Below, in pieces: positions 9,712-17,068 of a DNA stretch of 43,361 nucleotides. The stretch covers positions 1 to 43,361 of the IMG/VR virus record IMGVR_UViG_3300031519_000054; one strand, written 5' to 3'. Position numbers and translations under genes: made by a program. The first letter of the stretch is position 1. Each line of letters opens with the position of its first letter. The notes beneath the pieces were generated by a model. The model saw nothing but the letters and a program-made list of their open reading frames with translations. It was not told where the DNA came from and ran no database searches. The stretch comes from a virus (taxonomy: Duplodnaviria; Caudoviricetes).

Positions 9712-10495
9712 TCAACTCCTTATCGTGATAGTGCCACACCCTGCTCACACGTGTTTCACCTAGATACAATGCATCACCTGACTTATTTGGGTAGAGATAC
9801 TGGTTATGATCCTTGACCTTATTTAAATTGTGTATGGCCGGCTTGTGATGTATGAACTTGAACCATTCGTAATCTATCAAGTGTTGCATTGTGGGATCCA
9901 TCATTCGGTATGCCAAAGCGAACACAACATCAGTGCTTGGATATTTGTCATGGCATGCTATCAACATCTTGCTTTTAACTTCTTCCCAATTCTTCACTAT
10001 GTATTCGGCTGTCTCATAAAATTTCTGCGCCTTTGTACTTTTCCTGAAATACATAAGTCCGTTGTAGATGTTTGATAAATGATTCTTAACGAACAACTGT
10101 CTGTAAGTTGTGTCCTTCACAATGTTGTCTCTATAATCTCTGCAATCAACACTAAACACAAGATCGTGTTGCCATAGATAATACCACCACCAGTCTGTGT
10201 TCGTTGTCCATAACATGTCAGCTTCTAGTTTGATCGTGTGCGTGAACGGTGACAGTGCGAATGCCTTGTACTCGTTTGCCCATTTGATGTCATGTGTGGA
10301 ACTGTCATCATGTTTTAGAACCTTAACCACATCAATATAATCGCTTTGAAACTTACTTTTGTCATCTGTGATGACACAAATGTTGCTACACTTGTTCCTA
10401 CTGTTATGTTTAATACTTTTAGCAAGTTCTATAGAAAGTTCTACATAATCAGTCGTGTCGTTGTTCTGTGCGAACCAAAGGAATCCTCTAGACAT
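9695..10495 (-). CDS. GT-A fold glycosyltransferase-like protein with an EAD variant of the DxD motif
   Basis: MSRGFLWFA...Y...LAKSIK, SPFTHTIKLEADM, YNGLMYFRK, STDVVFALA and terminal HYHDK. Paralog of 10488..11237. Confidence 0.7.
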   Translation of the reverse strand: MSRGFLWFAQNNDTTDYVELSIELAKSIKHNSRNKCSNICVITDDKSKFQSDYIDVVKVLKHDDSSTHDIKWANEYKAFALSPFTHTIKLEADMLWTTNTDWWWYYLWQHDLVFSVDCRDYRDNIVKDTTYRQLFVKNHLSNIYNGLMYFRKSTKAQKFYETAEYIVKNWEEVKSKMLIACHDKYPSTDVVFALAYRMMDPTMQHLIDYEWFKFIHHKPAIHNLNKVKDHNQYLYPNKSGDALYLGETRVSRVWHYHDKELNVRTS

Positions 10496-11237
10496 TGTAT
10501 ACCTCCTTGTTGAGTACGTGTACGTCCTGTTGTTCGATCCAGTTTATCTGATCGTTGTATCGCCAAGCTATACCATCATCTGTCATTTTTACAATTTCAC
10601 AGTCTGGTGGCAGTGTTGAAAGTGCAAATGGAAACGTATCGTATCCAACGAATCCGTTCAGCTGTTGCAGTGCAATCGCGAACACATAATCATTACGTAG
10701 GTTCTGTGCAAAAATCCTGTAAAGTTGATTGAAATACTGATAGTGTTGTTTTACATATTTGATCATGTCAAATATCCGCTTGGATTTTGCTGTCTTCCTA
10801 AAAACAAACACGGTTGCCCATACCATGGGTATCATGCTCCACACACGTTGGTGAAAAGTATTACGCTGTGTTAAGTCATGTACCTGATCAGGAATTAAAA
10901 AGTCATATCCAGTGTCCATGAACTGCAAGAGATTGTCCGTGTAACAGAAATAGTCTATGTCCATGACCAGTGTTGTGTCGTATGGTGAAAGTTCATAGGC
11001 CATGTGCCTGTCTTTGTTGTTCCATGACAAGTTCATCTTTGTATTTCCCGGTTCGGGCTCAATGAACTTGTAATTAATGAAACCCAAGGGCTTTGTTTTC
11101 TTGAAAGTTGCATAATCGGTGACAACTGTTATTTCTAGTTTGATATTTTTCCTGATCAGATGCACACACTTCTCCAATATCTTGTGGTACCTTGTGTGTT
11201 CTGTGTCAAAACAGAATAGTAATACGCCTCGGGTCAT
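10488..11237 (-). CDS. GT-A fold glycosyltransferase (GT8-like)
   Basis: SPYDTTLVMDIDY (DxD), WATVFVFRK, RNDYVFAIA and terminal HVLNK. Confidence 0.75.
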   Translation of the reverse strand: MTRGVLLFCFDTEHTRYHKILEKCVHLIRKNIKLEITVVTDYATFKKTKPLGFINYKFIEPEPGNTKMNLSWNNKDRHMAYELSPYDTTLVMDIDYFCYTDNLLQFMDTGYDFLIPDQVHDLTQRNTFHQRVWSMIPMVWATVFVFRKTAKSKRIFDMIKYVKQHYQYFNQLYRIFAQNLRNDYVFAIALQQLNGFVGYDTFPFALSTLPPDCEIVKMTDDGIAWRYNDQINWIEQQDVHVLNKEVYNV

Positions 11238-11554
11238 TAGTCACCTTTGTTTTCAAATGTTTTATACATCTGATGATACGAATTGAGGCTCTCTTGATTT
11301 CTTTCAATCAGTTTAGATAAGAAATCACCAGGATCTGTTATCTCGACTGGATTGTTGTTTGTGTCCAGGATGAAGAACGTGTCTTGTGTTTCCTTCAGTG
11401 TCCTAGCCACACAGATAGTCTGTGGATCTGCACGGAAGATGTGTTCGTTGTACACTATTATCTGTCGTGATTGTGCTTTCTCTAGAGCGTTGCGTTTTGC
11501 GATTGCTATGCTGTAAGAGAGATCCGATTGTTTTTTTAAAGAGCCAATATCCAT
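11237..11554 (-). CDS. Hypothetical protein (105 aa), first gene of the enzyme operon
   Basis: The ATG at 11554 (MDIGSLKK) is preferred over the track's TTG at 11569, which lies within the promoter spacer. The stop shares one base with the next ATG. Confidence 0.75.
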   Translation of the reverse strand: MDIGSLKKQSDLSYSIAIAKRNALEKAQSRQIIVYNEHIFRADPQTICVARTLKETQDTFFILDTNNNPVEITDPGDFLSKLIERNQESLNSYHQMYKTFENKGD

Positions 11555-11560
11555 AATACA

Positions 11561-11589
11561 ATTATACAATTAATTATTGGAAAAATCAA
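11561..11589 (-). promoter_or_regulatory. Sigma70-type promoter TTGATT-N17-TATAAT
   Basis: The minus strand reads TTGATT (11589-11584), a 17-nt spacer, then TATAAT (11566-11561) in an intergenic gap. The ATG follows 6 nt after the -10 box. Confidence 0.7.
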
Positions 11590-11599
11590 CACCTTAAAA

Positions 11600-12517
11600 T
11601 TATTTTGATTGTCTGATACCGTATGCCAGTAGCACACCACGGGGAATTTTACCAGTGTACACCAAGCTGTGTACAAACCTACGATTGTTTATGAACAAAG
11701 GTTTACTGACGTCTATCAGCCCTACGTTTTTAAATTTAAATTTTATATCTTTGGAGTCTCCGGACAGCACACAGTACAACTGGGTGGGACCGTCTATGAT
11801 GCTCTTACCATCCTCGTAGGTAAAGTCGTCCATGTGTATGGGTAGCACTGAATTTGGTTGCAACTCCACATACTGCATCTGCAATATATCAGTGAATCCA
11901 AACTGTTCCATGGTGTTCCTCAACTTTTTATTTTTTATCTGCTCTAGTTTAATCGTTGGCAGTATGGGTTGAGATTTAAGTGACCTGCATTTTCCTTGCC
12001 CGTAGAACTTGGTATCCGTATATTGTAAATCATCGTCCAACTCCATGTTTGTATCTACATCACCATCATATTCAATGTATGGTAAGTTGTGGAAATCATC
12101 TTTGTGGTACCAGTAAGGGCCATCGCCCATGGCAAAGAATCGTTTGACGCTGGGTGGTATGAAGTCTCCCTCAACTTGTTCGTTCCAGCTCTCCGTGATC
12201 AAGTATTTGTCTTGTAAGTTTTTAAACCTAAGCAGGTCTTCCTGTGCTATGCACTTGGATATCCTTGAGAAATATTCAGCTGGGTCTCCGTGCAACCATA
12301 TCTCGTAACCGTTGGCTGTGTTATTGCCTGCATTGATACAGTGTTTGATGGACTCGTTACCTATCTTGATGTCAGTAATGTCTTTCCTTTGTAGATTGAT
12401 GTAACACTTGTGCCAAGAGTTTGGCATGGTGATTATTCCAGACTGTGAGATTGTGTCACCACTAAGTCCAATGGATTCAAAACTTGCATCGACCTTGGTG
12501 AATATTTGTACCTGCAT
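11600..12517 (-). CDS. Protein with a C-terminal 2OG-Fe(II) oxygenase (Asp/Asn beta-hydroxylase-like) domain
   Basis: ELQPNSVLPIHMDD (HxD), then FVHSLV (distal His) and PRGVLL (2OG-binding Arg position). The ATG at 12517 is preferred over the TTG at 12523. Confidence 0.7.
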   Translation of the reverse strand: MQVQIFTKVDASFESIGLSGDTISQSGIITMPNSWHKCYINLQRKDITDIKIGNESIKHCINAGNNTANGYEIWLHGDPAEYFSRISKCIAQEDLLRFKNLQDKYLITESWNEQVEGDFIPPSVKRFFAMGDGPYWYHKDDFHNLPYIEYDGDVDTNMELDDDLQYTDTKFYGQGKCRSLKSQPILPTIKLEQIKNKKLRNTMEQFGFTDILQMQYVELQPNSVLPIHMDDFTYEDGKSIIDGPTQLYCVLSGDSKDIKFKFKNVGLIDVSKPLFINNRRFVHSLVYTGKIPRGVLLAYGIRQSK

Positions 12518-12523
12518 ATGCAA

Positions 12524-12530
12524 TATTTAA
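12524..12530 (-). promoter_or_regulatory. T4-late-like promoter (TTAAATA)
   Basis: TAAATA core in an intergenic gap, 6 nt upstream of the ATG at 12517. Same spacing as the other copies. Confidence 0.5.
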
Positions 12531-12556
12531 TTGCACAAACAGTTGGCTGGAAATTA

Positions 12557-13537
12557 TTATGATACTGTGTTGCTGACTGCCGCTGATGCAGATATGCCGT
12601 ATATCGGATCAAGTCCCTGTGCCGTGCTAGGAGTCAGTGTGAACAGGGTGGTCCTCATCTTGGGAGTGTCCTTGGCCGCGACCGCAACACTGTTCAGGTT
12701 ACCGTCGGTGAACTGTGTGTCTCCTGCTCCGTCCGTGGCCACCATCTTGATGGTCAATACCGTTGCGTTACCACTGTTTCCATTACCGCCAGTTGTCTTG
12801 GCAAATATCTCAACGGTGTTACCCGTGTAGTTGCTGTTGTCTGAAGTGAGTTTGATTAGTGACGTGTAACTGGTTGTCAAGTCCTGGAAACCGTTCGCAA
12901 GTCCATTACTGGTCAGTGTCTCACCTGATCCTGATCTCGTGGTTGTTAGTGAATTTATGTCTATGTTGCCAAGTGCTGTACCCAAATCGATGAATGATTG
13001 GTCTTTACTAGACGTTGCCGCTTGTACTGTACCAACCGTGATCCTGACCTTGCCGCCGCCATTGAAGAAAAATCTCATGTTGTTGGCATTGGCGAATGTG
13101 ACTGAAACTTCCTGTGTGGCTGTTGAGTCCCAACCCTCTGAACCTGTTGTCACTGTCTGCAGTGCTGATGATGTTGTCAGTGCCGTTGCACTGGTGCTAC
13201 CGCCTGCCACTTCTGCCGCCAATGATACTAGGTCTGCCGCTATAGCCGCCTTGATACCAATGGTATCACCTGCCACGACCTGTGTCCTGGCTGTCAGTGT
13301 ATCGTTAGTGTGGTTACCAATGTTGTCCATTGCTGTCAATAGTGCGTTCCATGATGCCGCTGTAACTGTGGTTCCTGAATCTGCACCACCCTGTACTACT
13401 GGTAATTCCGCTTGTCCCAGTCCGTAAACTGTCGCACCAGTACCCATGGTATGGTTGATGCCAATTGTACCACTCGTAGGGGTTAGAAATGCATTATACT
13501 CACCGTCTGTTATTAAATCACCTGCTACATATGCCAT
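12557..13537 (-). CDS. Putative virion structural (tail-associated) protein
   Basis: Rich in Thr/Ala/Gly/Ser, MAY start, RFFFNGGG segment. Directly follows a fibre gene. Confidence 0.6.
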   Translation of the reverse strand: MAYVAGDLITDGEYNAFLTPTSGTIGINHTMGTGATVYGLGQAELPVVQGGADSGTTVTAASWNALLTAMDNIGNHTNDTLTARTQVVAGDTIGIKAAIAADLVSLAAEVAGGSTSATALTTSSALQTVTTGSEGWDSTATQEVSVTFANANNMRFFFNGGGKVRITVGTVQAATSSKDQSFIDLGTALGNIDINSLTTTRSGSGETLTSNGLANGFQDLTTSYTSLIKLTSDNSNYTGNTVEIFAKTTGGNGNSGNATVLTIKMVATDGAGDTQFTDGNLNSVAVAAKDTPKMRTTLFTLTPSTAQGLDPIYGISASAAVSNTVS

Positions 13538-13541
13538 AAAT

Positions 13542-15188
13542 CTATTTTACTCCTATCACACATTCTGTTAATTCTGTATCTTCATTATATTTATCCTTGA
13601 TCAGTCTGCCCAGGGTGTTGAAAGTGGTTGCTTCGTCTGTTCCTGCCACACGTGCCAACCCATATCCTGCTGATATCACACGATCACCTGCTAGGCCCGT
13701 TCCTGTAATCTTAACTGGCACACGTCCTTTCAGTGCTATCGCTGGGTGTGTGTCGTTGTTGCCTGCTTCCGAATTCATCAAATATGCCGGTGCACTGGAA
13801 ACCACACCAAAAACTGCGTCTGATTTGTCTTCCATGCATTTTGTTATCTCTTCATTGCCGCCCAGTATCACTACCTCTCCGGTTTCTATCGGAGTGTCCG
13901 TGGCATATCTCTCTGCCAAGTCAGCGTACTGTGCCGCTGTCGCTGTTGCATGTACTACGTTGGCTCTGATATCTACCAATGTAGCGGCTGACAGTTCGTC
14001 CTCACCACCACCTGATTTGAAAGCTGTAAAGGCGCCTCCTGCGTTTCCGTGAATAGTTGTTCCATCATCTGCGAAGGTTTCATCCCATACCCAGAACAGA
14101 TCCTGTTCTGTTACCGTTGACGTTTCACCCCTGTTGATCTTAATACCCGAGTAGTTAGGCATACCACTGTTCGATGATATATTCCTGTTCAGTTCTATGA
14201 TGTTATCTTCAATTGTGAGTGTTGATGTATTAAGTGTTGTTTGTGTTCCATCAACTGTAAGGTTTCCTTTTACCCTTAGGTCACCGACCGATGGAAGTTC
14301 TACTAATCCTGTTGATCCGTCCATGGTCATCATTGTAACTGTTGTACCACCATCGTTCACTGTGAATATTATGTCCTTGTCCTGTGTCGTGTTTGCAATG
14401 GTCAAGTTATCACTTGATAGACTCATAGTGATGTCTGAACCAGCACCTAAAACTAATCCTGTGTCATTTGCAATAGTAAATGAACTGTTTGTTGAATCAT
14501 TTTGATCTGATCGTAGATAGTTGGCCGCCGCAACTCCACCTAATGAATCCGAGTCTGTTGCTGTTCCCCTGAATTTCGCTGATGCAACTGAACTTGATAA
14601 TTGAATTCCTTGTGCAACTGCTGAGAACCCTGCCGTGATCAGTGCCGCCGCCTTTGTTTCAGATGAGCTTGGTGTGAATGCAAGGTTGGATATTACACCT
14701 ACCACTACATCATTAGCAACTAATTTTAAAATTGACTTGTTTACACCTGTATTGTCCTCTACCACTTCAGATATTACTTGTGTAACTCCGGAGCCAGCAA
14801 CTGTTGTTGGGCCAATCAAGGTCCATGCCGTACCTGTGTAAACGTACAACTGTGTGTTAGATGTGTCAAACCATAGATCACCCTGCACCGCATTGGTTGG
14901 TGCTGATGCTGAGTTGGATGGACCTCCTGCAGGTTTCCATTTGTCTCCTGTCCATACATTGATTCTTTTGTTTGCTTGGTCAAACCAAAGCTGACCTTGA
15001 ATTTTATTATTCGGTGCTGACGTGTTGTTGAAATTCTCCAACATCTTGACAAGGTTTTCGTTTAACTTCTCGCCAAAACCCGCATAACCTTTTCCGATCA
15101 GTGTAAGGTCAGTTGTGGCGACGTCAATAGTTCCGTCCGCTAACGTGACCAACAAGGTCCCAAATGTGTTGTTAATCTTGTATGCCAT
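13542..15188 (-). CDS. Tail fibre protein with C-terminal peptidase G2-type intramolecular chaperone
   Basis: Shared N-terminus (MAYKIN..G..YAGFGE.LNEN.V..LENF), two GxLWFD modules, beta-rich shaft, then QYADLAE...VFGVVS..PAYLMN...IALKGRVPVK. Confidence 0.8.
   Translation of the reverse strand: MAYKINNTFGTLLVTLADGTIDVATTDLTLIGKGYAGFGEKLNENLVKMLENFNNTSAPNNKIQGQLWFDQANKRINVWTGDKWKPAGGPSNSASAPTNAVQGDLWFDTSNTQLYVYTGTAWTLIGPTTVAGSGVTQVISEVVEDNTGVNKSILKLVANDVVVGVISNLAFTPSSSETKAAALITAGFSAVAQGIQLSSSVASAKFRGTATDSDSLGGVAAANYLRSDQNDSTNSSFTIANDTGLVLGAGSDITMSLSSDNLTIANTTQDKDIIFTVNDGGTTVTMMTMDGSTGLVELPSVGDLRVKGNLTVDGTQTTLNTSTLTIEDNIIELNRNISSNSGMPNYSGIKINRGETSTVTEQDLFWVWDETFADDGTTIHGNAGGAFTAFKSGGGEDELSAATLVDIRANVVHATATAAQYADLAERYATDTPIETGEVVILGGNEEITKCMEDKSDAVFGVVSSAPAYLMNSEAGNNDTHPAIALKGRVPVKITGTGLAGDRVISAGYGLARVAGTDEATTFNTLGRLIKDKYNEDTELTECVIGVK
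13915..13936. repeat. 22-nt exact direct repeat, second copy at 20281..20302
   Basis: gccaagtcagcgtactgtgccg occurs in both G2-chaperone fibre genes, encoding AQYADLA. Confidence 0.85.
14347..14367. repeat. 21-nt exact direct repeat, second copy at 19071..19091
   Basis: ccaccatcgttcactgtgaat occurs in the 548-aa and 466-aa fibre genes. After 6 variable nt, both copies continue with tccttgtcctgtg. Confidence 0.85.
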
Positions 15189-15194
15189 AAATTA

Positions 15195-15371
15195 CTAGTT
15201 TGATGCGTTGTCCCTGACTTCTGTTAAGAAACTCACATCTCCCACTAACTTGATCAAGATACCTGCAGTTTCTGGTGTCAGCATCTGCTCAATCTTGGTT
15301 TGCTCTTCCGTCGACCAAACTGTCTCATTATTGTCGTTGATGTAATCTGCTACTTCTTGTTTTGTTGCCAT
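15195..15371 (-). CDS. 58-aa acidic small protein; absent from ORF track
   Basis: MATKQEVADYINDNNETVWSTEEQTKIEQMLTPETAGILIKLVGDVSFLTEVRDNASN followed by TAG TAA. SD AAGGAGA at 15379-15385. Fills the gap between neighbours. Confidence 0.85.
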   Translation of the reverse strand: MATKQEVADYINDNNETVWSTEEQTKIEQMLTPETAGILIKLVGDVSFLTEVRDNASN

Positions 15372-15389
15372 TTAAGTGTCTCCTTATGC

Positions 15390-15854
15390 TTATTTATTAT
15401 GCTTTTCAATCTGCTCATCGTCTGATATCCAAGTTAAATCCTCGGAACACGACCCGTCCAGATCACGCAGGAAGGTCTTGACGTTGCTCTCCGTAAGCAC
15501 CATATCGTGGTATTTTGTGTATCTTTTGTGTAAGGCCTGTTCTTTTGTAACAGTGTACACAAGTTTCATTCCCTTGTCTTTTGCTAGTTTCATTATGCTG
15601 TCAATACACAATTTCAGACATTTATGCACATTTCTTGGTTCTGCTTCCTTATCTGTCACTATCCATTCCATAAAACCAAATGCTGTGCCATCACACACAT
15701 ACAATCCTCCTGCACATACAGGTTTTCCATCCACTTCAACAATGATCCCGTCCGGTGGTAGGCATTCCTTTGGTACTGTTCCGAACTCCCACTGTGTCCA
15801 CCACTTGACCAGTGTGTCATAATCCTTGTCTCTGTCCCAGTTTCTACTTAACAT
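15390..15854 (-). CDS. Putative GNAT-family acyltransferase
   Basis: 154 aa with a GNAT-like strand/helix pattern: IIVEVDGKPVCAGGLY, FMEWIVTDK, helix, then AKDKGMKLVYT. Confidence 0.55.
   Translation of the reverse strand: MLSRNWDRDKDYDTLVKWWTQWEFGTVPKECLPPDGIIVEVDGKPVCAGGLYVCDGTAFGFMEWIVTDKEAEPRNVHKCLKLCIDSIMKLAKDKGMKLVYTVTKEQALHKRYTKYHDMVLTESNVKTFLRDLDGSCSEDLTWISDDEQIEKHNK
15391..15397 (-). promoter_or_regulatory. T4-late-like promoter (ATAAATA)
   Basis: ATAAATA overlapping the GNAT gene's stop, just upstream of the SD of the 58-aa gene. Confidence 0.45.
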
Positions 15855-16428
15855 TTTTTTGCATCACTATCTTGTTGACGTTGAATGTTGACTCAAAACA
15901 GTAACGTACTGCTTCTGCAACTTCGTCTGCTTTTAGTTTTGGTAGGTCTTCCCACAATCCTTTTGTCATGTCGGTATCCACTACATCCGGACAGACATCA
16001 TAGATCGATAAAGGCTTGTTAAATAATTCTTGTTGTAACTCTTCTATGTAACCTATTAAAATTTTCTTGTTCTTACAGTAGTCCATGTATTCAGGATTGT
16101 CCAACTCCTCGTCTGCCCCGATCGGAGTGCCTGACGTGCTTGTTATCACCACGACTTTTTTATTCTCAAAAAGGTACTTGCCGTATATTCTTTTCAACAG
16201 GGTCATTTGTCCTCCACCGACATACGCATTGATCACAATCAGCCGACAGTCATCTAACTGTTCCATTATCTCTACCTGGCTACATTGTAGATCGTAGCCG
16301 TTGCTACTGCTCAAGCCAACAACTGTGTATTTCTTTTTTTGATACAGATCTGCTATGGCTTTACCTATCCCTCTAGTATGCCCTATTATTGCAATTTTAT
16401 TTTTTTTGTTTCCTTGACTCATAAACAT
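15844..16428 (-). CDS. Short-chain dehydrogenase/reductase (SDR)
   Basis: IAIIGHTRGIGKA (GxxxGxG Rossmann motif), VINA, ITSTSG, catalytic YxxxK (YCKNK) and CPDVVDTDM. Confidence 0.85.
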   Translation of the reverse strand: MFMSQGNKKNKIAIIGHTRGIGKAIADLYQKKKYTVVGLSSSNGYDLQCSQVEIMEQLDDCRLIVINAYVGGGQMTLLKRIYGKYLFENKKVVVITSTSGTPIGADEELDNPEYMDYCKNKKILIGYIEELQQELFNKPLSIYDVCPDVVDTDMTKGLWEDLPKLKADEVAEAVRYCFESTFNVNKIVMQKNVK

Positions 16429-17068
16429 CCACTAACTTTTCCAACCCTTCGAAACATTCCGAGTAGTGTTGGTAATATTTTTCAAACTCCTCTTTAGTGT
16501 ATAGTGATTCCTTAAAAAAGTCAATTAGTAATGTGGTTCTTTCACTTGGATTGTTGTTGAAACCATTGTGTACCTGCATGTCTGGTTGAAAAACAAAAGC
16601 CTCTCCGGTTTTCCATGTGTATAGTTCTTGTTTCCTGGTCTCAAGGTTCATTACATGCATACCACTTTGATTGCCACCTCCGTCTTCAAGGCACAACTGG
16701 TACCTCCATCCACCTTCGTTGTCGGTATGATTACCAATTTTAGTATTAGGCCCAACAGTCATGATTGCCACATTTGTTTTGTATGGAAATTTTCTCAATA
16801 TCGAATACAACATAGGATAATCATCGAACTCCTGAAGTTCCTTATTACCTGATTGTACACCTAATGCCTGCCATTGACCATTCACATAGTCGCCCGACTT
16901 GTCATCAAAGTCATCTGGAAGTCCCCTGACACTATCTGAGAAGTCTTCAGGTTGTAAGAAAGTCTTGTTTAATTGAGAATCGAACTCGTGTTTGATAGTT
17001 TGCCAGTGTTTTTCCAACTGTTTGAAACATTCACCTTGCTGTCCGTGGTAATATGATTTATTAAGCAT
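16397..17068 (-). CDS. Aspartyl/asparaginyl beta-hydroxylase-like 2OG-Fe(II) oxygenase
   Basis: LEKHWQTIKHE, PNTKIGNHTD (HxD), WKTGEAFVF and HNGFNNNPSERTTLLIDF (H-x-x-x-N...R..L..D C-terminal signature). Confidence 0.8.
   Translation of the reverse strand: MLNKSYYHGQQGECFKQLEKHWQTIKHEFDSQLNKTFLQPEDFSDSVRGLPDDFDDKSGDYVNGQWQALGVQSGNKELQEFDDYPMLYSILRKFPYKTNVAIMTVGPNTKIGNHTDNEGGWRYQLCLEDGGGNQSGMHVMNLETRKQELYTWKTGEAFVFQPDMQVHNGFNNNPSERTTLLIDFFKESLYTKEEFEKYYQHYSECFEGLEKLVDVYESRKQKK

Noticed and set aside
12519-12535. Inverted repeat TGCAAT-N5-ATTGCA as a terminator
   Set aside because: The stem is only 6 bp and AT-rich with no U-tract. It brackets the TAAATA box and may be chance.
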